Positions 15,153-24,340 of a stretch of DNA of 30,846 nucleotides are shown here, in pieces (position 1 is the stretch's first letter; every line of letters starts with the position of its first letter). Where the stretch lies: the IMG/VR virus record IMGVR_UViG_3300031520_000197, positions 1 to 30,846 of that record, one strand, 5' to 3'. Both the position numbers and the translations under genes were made by a program. Source of the DNA: a virus. Lineage: Duplodnaviria > Caudoviricetes. The notes under the pieces were generated by a model. It saw only the letters and a program-made list of their open reading frames with translations, searched no databases and had not been told where the DNA came from.

Positions 15153-17064
15153 GATCCTTGCGAATCTTGCGAAGGCGCGGCAGGGGCTCTACGCGCTCTT
15201 CGAGCCGCCGCCGGATATGCTGGTGTCGGAGTGGGCAGAGAAGAATCGCATCCTTCCAAAGGGGACGACGGCGCGGCCAGGCCTGTACGTGGCGGAGGCG
15301 TTCCAACGACCGATCATGGATGCGCTGTGCGACCCGCAGGTCCGTCGGGTCTCGTGCAAGAAGTCTACGCAGGTCGGGTGGACTGAACTGCTACTGAACA
15401 TCGTGGGTTACTTCATCGACGTGGATCCAAAGCCGATGATGTTGGTGTTTGTGCGCGACTCGGATGCGAAGGATAAGTCAAAGAAAACGATTGCACCGAT
15501 GATTGCCGAGTGCCCAGCGCTGCGAGACAAGGTCCGGGAAAACCGATCGCGCGAGGGCGGAAATACGCAACAGCTAAAGCAGTTCCCCGGCGGATTTCTG
15601 AAGGTAGCCGGAGCAAACTCTGCGGCGAACCTCCGTTCCGACCCATGCGCCATCATCCTTTTGGATGAAGCCGACGGCTATCCGTCGGATGTGGACGGGG
15701 AAGGGGATCCGGTAGCCCTGGCAGAGCGCCGCGCGGATACCTTTGACGAGTCGAAGATCCTCATCGGATCCACGCCTGCTAAGCCAAAGGGTCATTCCCG
15801 AATCGATGACGAGTGGGAAGCTGGCAACCAAACGATGTTCCACTTGCCATGCCCGCACTGCGGTGGTTTACAGCCGCTCTTGTGGCGCGACCCTGAATCG
15901 AAAGAGTACAACTTGGTCTGGGATCTGGGAGACGACGGGAAGCCTGTTCCCGGTAGCGTGCGGTATCGCTGCAAGTTCTGCCGAAAAGGGATCGAGGAGC
16001 GGTTCAAGCAACAGATGCTTGATGCCATGGTGCCCGTAGCCAAGTTTCCGGAGCGCCGGGAGCATATCAGCTTCTACGTCAACGCTTTGTACTCGCCATG
16101 GAAACCGATCTGGGAAGCACTCGCGAAGGAATGGGTTGAAGCGCAGGGCGTCCCAGAAAAACTGCGTGCGTTCATCAATCTCCGCTTAGGCGAAACCTGG
16201 GATGAGGGTGCGGATGCGGTAGACGCCCACCTTTTAGCGGCGAGGAGAGAGAAGTACTGCGAGCGTGAAGAGGTCAAAGTCCCGCACGGCTGCGTGGCGC
16301 TGGTTACCACAGTAGACGTGCAGGGAAATCGTCTCGAAGCTCAAGTTACCGGCTTTGGGTTAGGTGAAGAGGAATGGCTCATCGATCATCAGGTTTTTTA
16401 CGGCTCTCCGCTGGACGCACCAAACACCAAAGGCAACGAAGATCTGGTCAGCGTGTGGTCGGAGCTTGACGAGTACCTTCTGAGGACGTGGCGGCATGAG
16501 GACGGGGCCGACCTTCGGTCATCTATCACCCTGATCGACACAGGCTATGCAGTCGACGCTTGCTACAACTTCATCTTGCCACGGCAGACCTCAGCGCGTC
16601 GTGTGTTTGCGTGCAAGGGCCAGCCGAAAGTATCAAAGCTGGGCCTTGCGCAAGAGGGAAAGGTGAGGAATAACACTATTCGTCTCTTCAATGTGGCGAC
16701 GATGGCCTGCAAGGACAGGATCATGGACCGCCTCCGAGTAAATAAGCCAGGCCCGGCCTACTGCCATTATCCGGAATGGGTGCCAGACGACTATTTCGAC
16801 CAATTAACCGCAGAGTCCAAGATTCCTGTTAAGAACAAACGTACAGGGCGCACGCACTACGAGTGGGTGACGAACCAACAGCGCAACGAGGCTCTGGATT
16901 TGACGGTGTACGCGCATGCAGGGCTATGGATTCTGCAGAAAATCATCGATCCAGCGACGTATGGAGATTTTACGAAGCTGGCAGAAGCAGTATGGGCGGG
17001 TGCGGCCCCGTTGACAATGAGGCGGGCGGTGGGTAGGCGCGTGCTCTCGCAGGGAATTAGTTAG
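15103..17064 (+). CDS. terL: Terminase large subunit (lambda gpA family)
   Basis: KSTQVGWTE, IILLDEADGY, STP, CPHC, FINLRLGETW, RNEALD. Confidence 0.96.
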   Translation: MEQIELIPKPAAAPAPEILANLAKARQGLYALFEPPPDMLVSEWAEKNRILPKGTTARPGLYVAEAFQRPIMDALCDPQVRRVSCKKSTQVGWTELLLNIVGYFIDVDPKPMMLVFVRDSDAKDKSKKTIAPMIAECPALRDKVRENRSREGGNTQQLKQFPGGFLKVAGANSAANLRSDPCAIILLDEADGYPSDVDGEGDPVALAERRADTFDESKILIGSTPAKPKGHSRIDDEWEAGNQTMFHLPCPHCGGLQPLLWRDPESKEYNLVWDLGDDGKPVPGSVRYRCKFCRKGIEERFKQQMLDAMVPVAKFPERREHISFYVNALYSPWKPIWEALAKEWVEAQGVPEKLRAFINLRLGETWDEGADAVDAHLLAARREKYCEREEVKVPHGCVALVTTVDVQGNRLEAQVTGFGLGEEEWLIDHQVFYGSPLDAPNTKGNEDLVSVWSELDEYLLRTWRHEDGADLRSSITLIDTGYAVDACYNFILPRQTSARRVFACKGQPKVSKLGLAQEGKVRNNTIRLFNVATMACKDRIMDRLRVNKPGPAYCHYPEWVPDDYFDQLTAESKIPVKNKRTGRTHYEWVTNQQRNEALDLTVYAHAGLWILQKIIDPATYGDFTKLAEAVWAGAAPLTMRRAVGRRVLSQGIS

Positions 17065-17124
17065 CCTGTCAATTAGAAATTGACTCTAGTTTCGCGCAAT
17101 CCTATTTGCCATTGTGACTAAGAC

Positions 17125-17358
17125 ATGGCAGGTGGAATTACTTTGCAGCAGGCGCAGGACAGTTTAGCGGGCGCACTTGAGGCGCTAGCGGCTGCACGTG
17201 CGATCCAAAGCTACAGCGTAACGTCTACCTCTGGCGGGCGCACCGTTACGCGCGGATCGCACGCCGACTTGCTCAAAGAAGTGCAGTGGTGGAGCCAGAA
17301 GGTTGCGCAGCTCTCACGCACTGGTCTCCGCACGTGGCGGGCGGTGCCTTGTGAGTGA
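17125..17358 (+). CDS. Head completion protein (gpW-like)
   Basis: QSYSV...GRTVTR..L pattern between terL and portal. Confidence 0.8.
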   Translation: MAGGITLQQAQDSLAGALEALAAARAIQSYSVTSTSGGRTVTRGSHADLLKEVQWWSQKVAQLSRTGLRTWRAVPCE

Positions 17359-19063
17359 CGTGCAGCCCAACCTCCTTGACCGCCTGGTGACGTACGCATT
17401 CCCTCGCAGCGGGCTGGAGCGCCTGCAAAGCCGTAAGGCGATGTCGATGTACGGCTCCTACACGGGAGGGCGCTACGATCGGCGTCAGACTGCGGACTGG
17501 TTTACCAGCCGCGGGTCTGCGGATGCTGACACTCTACTTGACCTGCCAACCTTGCGGTCAAGGTCGCGCGACCTGAATCGCAACAGCCCGCTAGCTGCGG
17601 GAGCGATCCATACCGTCGTACAGAATGCTGTAGGAACCGGGCTGTCCCTACAGCCAACGCCCGATCTCGACGTTCTGAAATGGGATGAGGCGAAAGCAAT
17701 CGCCTGGTCATCCCTTGTCGGGCACGAGTTTGCTCTGTGGGCAGAGTCACCCAACTGCGACGTAACCCGCACGCAAAACTTCTATGGGCTTCAAAGCACA
17801 GCCCTTCGCGGCGCGCTGGAGAGCGGCGACATCCTCGCGCTGCTGCCGATGAAATCCATCAAGGGCCAGGTATACAAAACTCGCGTCCAGCTCATCGAGG
17901 CCGACCGCTTACACACGCCGGGCGGTGGTGAGGGCATGGAGGCAACCTACCTCTTGCCGAATGCGAACGGCATACCCATTCAGGGCGACAAGACGGGAAA
18001 CCGAATCTATGGCGGTGTCGAAGTGGACGCGTCTGGTGCACCGGTCGCTTATTGCATCCTGAAACAGCATCCCGGCGCTATTGGTTTCATTGCAAACGCA
18101 TTTCAGTATGACCGCGTCCCCGCGTTCGGTACGGCAACGAACCGACGGAATGTGGTGCACCTTTTTGACCGCACGCGGCCAGACCAAAATCGTGGCGTTC
18201 CTTACCTTGCACCCGTTCTGGAATCCTTCAAGCAGCTTGACCGCTACACCGAAGCGGAGATTATGCGGGCGGTGGTGAGTTCCATGTTCACGGTGTTCGT
18301 GAGAACTGACACTGGTGAGCAAGCCTTCCCTTCGGATGCGCCGGCTATTTCGTCGACCAGCTTTGCGCAGCAAAACGATATCAGCCTGGGGCCGGGTAAA
18401 GTCGTGGGTCTTGCTCCCGGCGAAGATGTCACCTTCCCCAGCCCCTCCGCACCCAATCCCGGATTTGACCCATTCGTCATCAGCATCCTCCGGCAGATTG
18501 GCGTCGGGTTGCAGCTCCCTTTCGAAATTCTGGTCAAGCACTTCACTTCTTCTTACAGCGCGGCGCGCGCGGCGCTGCTCGAGGCGTGGAAGTATTACTC
18601 GAGCCGTCGAGCCTTTATCGCATCGCAATTCTGCCAGCCCATCTTCGAGGTGTGGATGGATGAGGCGGTCTCGGCGGGGCGGATTGAGGCGCCGGGATAC
18701 TTCTCAGACCCAGTCATGCGGCGCGCGTACCTAAGCTGTGACTGGATCGGCGATGCCCCTGGATCGATTGATCCGCAGAAGGAAGTAGCAGCCTCGATTG
18801 AATTGGTGACCGGAGGGTTCTCCAATCACAAGATCGAAACCATGCGTCTTACCGGACGCAACTGGTCAGATGTTCATTTGCAGCTGGTCCGCGAGCATGA
18901 AATGCGGGTTGCTGCAGGACTCGAGCCGGCCGTAACCAACGCAGTTGCGACGGAAATGGTAACCCCTCCCGGTGCACCGCCCGCCACAGCTCCCCCCGTC
19001 GCGCCTAACGTGCCTGTCAATCCGGTAAAGCCGGCGCCGAAGAAACCGGCGGTGAAACCATGA
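17351..19063 (+). CDS. Portal protein (lambda family)
   Basis: LRSRSRDLNRN, QLIEADRL, GVEVD, RPDQNRGVP, SYSAARAALLE, IDPQKE. Confidence 0.96.
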   Translation: MSDVQPNLLDRLVTYAFPRSGLERLQSRKAMSMYGSYTGGRYDRRQTADWFTSRGSADADTLLDLPTLRSRSRDLNRNSPLAAGAIHTVVQNAVGTGLSLQPTPDLDVLKWDEAKAIAWSSLVGHEFALWAESPNCDVTRTQNFYGLQSTALRGALESGDILALLPMKSIKGQVYKTRVQLIEADRLHTPGGGEGMEATYLLPNANGIPIQGDKTGNRIYGGVEVDASGAPVAYCILKQHPGAIGFIANAFQYDRVPAFGTATNRRNVVHLFDRTRPDQNRGVPYLAPVLESFKQLDRYTEAEIMRAVVSSMFTVFVRTDTGEQAFPSDAPAISSTSFAQQNDISLGPGKVVGLAPGEDVTFPSPSAPNPGFDPFVISILRQIGVGLQLPFEILVKHFTSSYSAARAALLEAWKYYSSRRAFIASQFCQPIFEVWMDEAVSAGRIEAPGYFSDPVMRRAYLSCDWIGDAPGSIDPQKEVAASIELVTGGFSNHKIETMRLTGRNWSDVHLQLVREHEMRVAAGLEPAVTNAVATEMVTPPGAPPATAPPVAPNVPVNPVKPAPKKPAVKP

Positions 19064-20457
19064 GCGTTCCCGACGTTCTCAATCAGCCTTGGGCTATCAC
19101 GCGAGACAAGTACGACCAAATCTGCGCGGTCTACGAACGTCACGTTGCGGGTCAGTCACTCAGTGCGGAGAGCGTTAAGGCCCTGACAGGCGCAGTCCCT
19201 CGTCCCGCCGATCAGCCGAACTATACCGTGCAGGATGGCGTGGCGGTCATTCCAGTTGAGGGCGTGCTGGCGAAAAAGATGAACCTTTTTACCGCGATCT
19301 CCGGCGGTATGAGCACGCAAATGCTCGTCGATACGGTAAACGAAGCGATGTCCGATGACGCGGTGCACTCGTTGATGCTGTCCATCGACTCGCCGGGGGG
19401 AGAGGTAGACGGCACGCAGCAGATTGCCGATGCCTTAGCTGGGGCGACGAAACCAACGGCGGCGTGGATTGATGGCATGGCTTGTTCGGCGGCTCTTTGG
19501 ATCGCATCGCAATGCGACTCGATCTATGCGGCCAGCGATACGGCAACCGTCGGCTCGATGGGTGTCCTTATTCAGCACGCTGACTACAGCAAGGCTAATG
19601 AGGCGCAGGGGAAGAGCGTGACGCACATCACCACCGGGAAATACAAGGTGGCGGGGAACTCCGCGCAGCCGCTTTCGCAGGATGACCGGGCTTATCTACA
19701 GGACCGGGTGGACTACCTCTACACCTTGTTTCTCTCGGCGGTGGCAGACGGTCGCGGGATGGACCCGCAAACATTAGATGACGTCGCCGGCGATGCACAG
19801 GTGTTTTTTGCGCAGCAAGCCATCGACAACGGCTTGATCGACGGTATCGCGGATCAGGATCAGGTGGTCCAGATGCTCAACCAGGCTTTTCAGCAGCAGG
19901 GCTCATCCGCTGCTGCCAACTCGTTCGGAGGATCAGCAATGAAGACTTACAGCGAAATCGATTTCAACGCGGCCGTAGCGTCGGCACGCGAGGCGGGCAG
20001 GGCCGAAGCTGGCCCAGTCGAATTTGAGCGCGGCAAGGTAGAAGGCGCGACTGCGGCGTTCGTAAACGGCAAGGCTGAAGGATTGAAGGCTGGAGCGGAA
20101 GCGGAGCGCGAGCGCATCAAGGCAGTTGAAGCGCAATCGTTAGCCGGCCATGAGGGATTGATCGCCGCTGCCAAGTTCGACGGCAAGACCACCGGACCTG
20201 AAGCCGCGGTGCAGATTATCAACGCGGAGCGGGCCTTGCGCGGAACAAAGGCTGCTGCGATCGAAGCGGACGCGGCTGCGGCGAACGTAGTGGCAACCGC
20301 GCCGGGCGCAGCCGCAGCCGCAGACAGGGCAAGGTTGGCAACTCCCGCCACGCCGACCACCGCAGAGTACAGCCAGAAGATCAAGGCGTACATGGCGCTA
20401 CCTGAAAACAAGGGCGTAACCCTAGCGCAAGCCGCCGCTGCAATCTCGGCCAGCTAA
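19060..20457 (+). CDS. S49 head maturation protease fused to scaffold domain (gpC/Nu3-like)
   Basis: IDSPGG, ACSAA, VGSMGV, GKYK; Ala-rich C-terminus with AERERI. Confidence 0.93.
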   Translation: MSVPDVLNQPWAITRDKYDQICAVYERHVAGQSLSAESVKALTGAVPRPADQPNYTVQDGVAVIPVEGVLAKKMNLFTAISGGMSTQMLVDTVNEAMSDDAVHSLMLSIDSPGGEVDGTQQIADALAGATKPTAAWIDGMACSAALWIASQCDSIYAASDTATVGSMGVLIQHADYSKANEAQGKSVTHITTGKYKVAGNSAQPLSQDDRAYLQDRVDYLYTLFLSAVADGRGMDPQTLDDVAGDAQVFFAQQAIDNGLIDGIADQDQVVQMLNQAFQQQGSSAAANSFGGSAMKTYSEIDFNAAVASAREAGRAEAGPVEFERGKVEGATAAFVNGKAEGLKAGAEAERERIKAVEAQSLAGHEGLIAAAKFDGKTTGPEAAVQIINAERALRGTKAAAIEADAAAANVVATAPGAAAAADRARLATPATPTTAEYSQKIKAYMALPENKGVTLAQAAAAISAS

Positions 20458-20487
20458 CGCACTTTAACCGAAAAGAAAGAGGGCATC

Positions 20488-20859
20488 ATGGCAATCAATC
20501 ATCCTGGCGATCGAGTTCCATTTACCAGTGAGACTCCGGTGCCGGCTTATTGCATCGTCAAGCTCGGCGCGACTCCCGGCGGCTGCGCTCTTGCATCCGC
20601 ACCGACCGATGCACTTATCGGGGTGTCGTACACCGTTCCCATCAACGATGTGGGCGTGGTGATGGATGTGGTGCAGGAAGGCCCGACGCTGGTTACTTCG
20701 GGCGGAACGATCGCTTACGGCGATCTTCTTACCACCGACGCGAATGGCCATGCGATCACTGCGGCAACTGGAAATGTCGTGATCGGCAGATCCATGGACA
20801 CAGCGGTATCAGGCGATCTCTTCGTTTGCGATATGTTCTCTCGCCCGGCGAAGGCCTAA
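20488..20859 (+). CDS. Capsid decoration/cement protein (DUF2190-like)
   Basis: GGTIAYGDLLTTDANGHAI...VIGRSM; lies directly before the major capsid gene. Confidence 0.8.
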   Translation: MAINHPGDRVPFTSETPVPAYCIVKLGATPGGCALASAPTDALIGVSYTVPINDVGVVMDVVQEGPTLVTSGGTIAYGDLLTTDANGHAITAATGNVVIGRSMDTAVSGDLFVCDMFSRPAKA

Positions 20860-20909
20860 ACACTAACCCGGCGAAGGTACGAACCTAAGCCAGAAAGAAG
20901 AACACGAAC

Positions 20910-21869
20910 ATGGCATCTAACTTTCCGGTCAATTTCTTCGTACCTAGCCCGCTTCTGTCCGCGATCGTCATCAACTACAAAAATGGCCTGCTCATTGCAG
21001 ATCAGGTGGCTCCGCGGGTGCAGGTTCCACTTCCGAACTTCTCCTACGCGCTCTTCAACAAAAGCGACTTTTTCACCATTCCCGATACGCGGGCTTCTCG
21101 CACTGGGCTGGTGAATCAGGTTAGCTGGTCCTCTACTGCTCAAACAGCAGCAGTTGAAGAGCACGCCCTCGAAGAGCTCGTGCCGCGCATCGATCAGGCA
21201 GTAGCAGCCGCGTACGGCGCGTACATGCCCGACCCGAAAAATATCGCCGCAGAGCAGGTTGTCTCACTCATGGACCTTGCGCACGAAGCTCGCACGGCGA
21301 ACCTGATCTTTGGACCTGGAAGCTACGGGCCTGCAAATAAGACGACTTTGACCGGCCAGGCCCAGTGGTCCGATTACACCAACTCAGACCCTCTTGGCGC
21401 GTTGGCGAATCAGGTACAAGCGATGACGTTTAACTCAGTGCAGCCAAACACCATGATCCTTGGACAGGTGGTGTGGAATGTTCTTCGCCGTCATCCGAAG
21501 CTTGTTTACTCCGCGTATGGCTACACCGGAGGATTTGCGGTAACCGAAGAGTATGTTGCCAGTGCCTTAGGCCTGGATCGCATCATCGTTGGTACCAGCA
21601 AAGCGAATCTTGCGAAACTGGGTCAGAACACCAACTGGCAACCGATCTGGGGCAAGAGCGCGGCGCTGGTCTATCAGACGCCCACAACTCTCTCCACCAA
21701 CACCGCAACGTTTGCCATCACCGCGGAGTGGGGATCTCGTGTGGCTTCCGAACACTTCGATATCGACCGCGGCCCCCGCGGTTCGGATGTCGTTCGCGTC
21801 GGCGAAGCTCACAAGGAACTTATCCTGGCTCCCGACTACGGGTACCTCTTCCAGAACGTGATTGCGTAA
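20910..21869 (+). CDS. Major capsid protein
   Basis: 319 aa; LSAIVINY...IADQVAP, QWSDYTNSDP, PNTMILG, YGYLFQNVI; position. Confidence 0.88.
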   Translation: MASNFPVNFFVPSPLLSAIVINYKNGLLIADQVAPRVQVPLPNFSYALFNKSDFFTIPDTRASRTGLVNQVSWSSTAQTAAVEEHALEELVPRIDQAVAAAYGAYMPDPKNIAAEQVVSLMDLAHEARTANLIFGPGSYGPANKTTLTGQAQWSDYTNSDPLGALANQVQAMTFNSVQPNTMILGQVVWNVLRRHPKLVYSAYGYTGGFAVTEEYVASALGLDRIIVGTSKANLAKLGQNTNWQPIWGKSAALVYQTPTTLSTNTATFAITAEWGSRVASEHFDIDRGPRGSDVVRVGEAHKELILAPDYGYLFQNVIA

Positions 21870-21914
21870 GCATCACCAACAGCGGCTGGCAGTTCCAGCC
21901 CCGAGGAAGCTCTA

Positions 21915-22145
21915 ATGTCTAAATTCAAGGCAAATAACAACATACAGGGGCTCTCGAAAGAGCTTAATGCGGGCGACACCATCGACCTTAAGGACGAAGA
22001 CGCTTCCGACCTTGTGCGCATGGGGGCTCTTGAGCTGGTCAACCCGAAGCTGGCGAAAGTGCCTTCGGCTACTGAGCTAGTCGCTGCCCAGGCTGAAGAG
22101 GCTTTGCGAGTTGCAGAAGAAGCATTGAAAAAGGCCAATCAGTGA
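21915..22145 (+). CDS. Small packaging/head protein (gpFI-like position)
   Basis: AGDTIDL...A..LV..GA motif; GAGG SD. Confidence 0.65.
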   Translation: MSKFKANNNIQGLSKELNAGDTIDLKDEDASDLVRMGALELVNPKLAKVPSATELVAAQAEEALRVAEEALKKANQ

Positions 22146-22429
22146 GCAAGCGGGACGACATTCGGACAATTCTGGCGGACGGTGAGGATACGGTGACGTA
22201 CCAAGGCACGACGTACCCATGCTTTCTGATCCAGCATGACAATGTCGTCCCGCAAACCATGGGCGGGCAGAAGTTGCAGCGTGACACCTTCGTGCAGGTG
22301 TGCGCAGCGGACTTTGTGGGGATTAAGCGTGACGATCCGATCCAACTCGACGGCGAGCCGTGGAAAGTTCTTCGGTCCAACCTGGTGCAGGACGGTGGGA
22401 TGCTAGAGATTTTTCTGGGAAGGCCGTAA
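22142..22429 (+). CDS. Head-tail joining protein (gpFII-like)
   Basis: Beta-rich, DDPIQLDGEPWKV...QDGG; position. Confidence 0.75.
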   Translation: MSKRDDIRTILADGEDTVTYQGTTYPCFLIQHDNVVPQTMGGQKLQRDTFVQVCAADFVGIKRDDPIQLDGEPWKVLRSNLVQDGGMLEIFLGRP

Positions 22430-22873
22430 ATGGCAGACTCTCTTTCGAAACAGGTCATCCTTGCGATCGTTGCCAAACTACAGGCGGCGGGCTTGCCTGA
22501 CGGAGCGAGCATTACTCGTTCGCGGACGATCGCTATTGCGGATACGGCGTCTGCGGAGATATCGGTTTACCGGATCGAAGAGGACTTGACGACTACCGGC
22601 AACCCGCGCGCCTCGGTTCTTGACCAACGCAACCTGATCGTCGAAATCGCTATCAGCGCCTTCGGGGGGGATGACGCTTGCGACCCGTACCACCAATGGG
22701 TAGTGCAACAGATGGCGGCGGATCGAAAGCTGGGCGGATTGATTAAGTCCATCACAGAAATTAAGACGGCATGGGACCCAGACGAAGGCTCTAGCGGGAC
22801 ATCAATGACCGTTTTTGTACGGTTTCGCGTGGAGTATTTCACGCCGCCCGGCGACATCACCAAAACGATTTAG
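22430..22873 (+). CDS. Tail terminator (gpU-like)
   Basis: 147 aa, DRKLGGL, FRVEY; precedes the tail tube gene. Confidence 0.7.
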   Translation: MADSLSKQVILAIVAKLQAAGLPDGASITRSRTIAIADTASAEISVYRIEEDLTTTGNPRASVLDQRNLIVEIAISAFGGDDACDPYHQWVVQQMAADRKLGGLIKSITEIKTAWDPDEGSSGTSMTVFVRFRVEYFTPPGDITKTI

Positions 22874-22896
22874 AAACCATGCGAGGAAGGTGACCA

Positions 22897-23673
22897 ATGG
22901 CTCTCGAAGCAAATCCTAATGAACTGTACCTTGGCCGCGGGAAGCTATATTTTGACCGCTTCGATAGTTCTGGAAAGCCCACTGGTTATCGCTTTCTGGG
23001 CAATTGCAGCAAGCTCGAACTAACCCCAAATGTCACCGTTAAAGAGTTCTACGAGCACACCCGCTCGGCGGCGCTAAAAATTGCCAACATCCCAGTCCAG
23101 CAGAAACACACCCTGGCAATTGATATGTCCGAAGGATTTCAGCCGGATAATGCTGCACTGGCCCTTCTCGGTGATACTGCTTCCCTATCTTCAACATCGC
23201 CGACTATCGTTACAGAAGAGCCCGTAGCGGCTTCATCTGGAGCGGGCAGAGTTTATCGTCTGCAGAATAGAAACATCTCCGGACTCGCTATAAGTGCTGG
23301 CGGGACGCCGCTGGTAGAGGATACGGATTTCTCGGTCATTAATCCCGTAACGGGTATGGTGCATATTCTCACGCCACAAACTGCAGCCATCACCGCAAAT
23401 TACAACAGCGGCACTGTTGCGGCCATGCAAATGCGCGCCGGGTTGACCGCGAATATTCGCGGCTCACTTATTTTTGAGGGCGATCCCGCGAATGGGCCGA
23501 TTTTGGATATCCAGTTTTGGATCGTGCAAATCCAGCCATCGGCAGCCATCGCCCTAATCACGGATGACTTTGCGACGCTCTCGATCGCAGGCGAGTGTTT
23601 AGCGGATGCCGTCAACCATCCCGAATCGCCGATATACACCATCACGCGCACTGGCGTCACGGCAGGTGGCTAA
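22897..23673 (+). CDS. Major tail tube protein
   Basis: YLGRGKLYF, RFLGNC, LITDDFATLSIAGECL. Confidence 0.85.
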   Translation: MALEANPNELYLGRGKLYFDRFDSSGKPTGYRFLGNCSKLELTPNVTVKEFYEHTRSAALKIANIPVQQKHTLAIDMSEGFQPDNAALALLGDTASLSSTSPTIVTEEPVAASSGAGRVYRLQNRNISGLAISAGGTPLVEDTDFSVINPVTGMVHILTPQTAAITANYNSGTVAAMQMRAGLTANIRGSLIFEGDPANGPILDIQFWIVQIQPSAAIALITDDFATLSIAGECLADAVNHPESPIYTITRTGVTAGG

Positions 23674-23675
23674 AC

Positions 23676-24149
23676 ATGCATAAGGTCACGCTAGCTGGCC
23701 GCACATTTCAAGAGGTCACGAACTCAACGCTGCAGCATGACATCGCGACGTGCGAACTGCTGCAGCGAATGGGTCTGTCCAAGCTTGCCGAACACGCTGG
23801 CGAGGGTGACGCCGCGTTGCGTGATCGCATCATGTCGGGGATGATATCGAGCGGAGAACTGCTTCCGCTTCTTGGCCATCTGTTGATGCCGGCGACGAAA
23901 AAGGGCGTTGATTGGACACCCCAGATGGCGCAAGAGACAGCGAAGTTCTTCGCGGCACTGAACACGCCAGAGGACAAAGCGGCGCTTACAGGCCTTATCG
24001 TTGAAGTCGCCCTTTTTTTTTGCTCAGCCGCGATCGGCTCAATGCTGACTTCCCAGAGATTTTCACCAGCCGCGGCAAGCACACTCCAGTTGTTCCAAAC
24101 CGCGGCGCGGGTGAGTTCGGACACTGGGGTCAGATTGTCCGCGATGTAG
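23676..24149 (+). CDS. Tail assembly chaperone (gpG-like)
   Basis: Between tail tube and tape measure; T9 slippery run at 24013-24021. Confidence 0.8.
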   Translation: MHKVTLAGRTFQEVTNSTLQHDIATCELLQRMGLSKLAEHAGEGDAALRDRIMSGMISSGELLPLLGHLLMPATKKGVDWTPQMAQETAKFFAALNTPEDKAALTGLIVEVALFFCSAAIGSMLTSQRFSPAAASTLQLFQTAARVSSDTGVRLSAM

Positions 24150-24340
24150 GGGAGTCGGACTGGCGGCGAATGCAGGAGATTCTCCGCTGGCCATTGCGCG
24201 AAGTGCTTCTGCGTTACGTCTACATCCTCCGGCAGAAAACATTGGAGAAGTACCGGACTGATGTGCAGGTATGGGCGTCAAAAACAGCTTTCGGCGGAGA
24301 CACTAAGCCTCCCAAAGTTCCAGAGCTCCTGAGGTCATAA
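24020..24340 (+). CDS. Frameshift extension of the tail chaperone (gpGT-like)
   Basis: -1 frame relative to 23676, picking up at the T-run; stop couples to the tape measure (TAATG). Confidence 0.75.
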   Translation: MLSRDRLNADFPEIFTSRGKHTPVVPNRGAGEFGHWGQIVRDVGESDWRRMQEILRWPLREVLLRYVYILRQKTLEKYRTDVQVWASKTAFGGDTKPPKVPELLRS

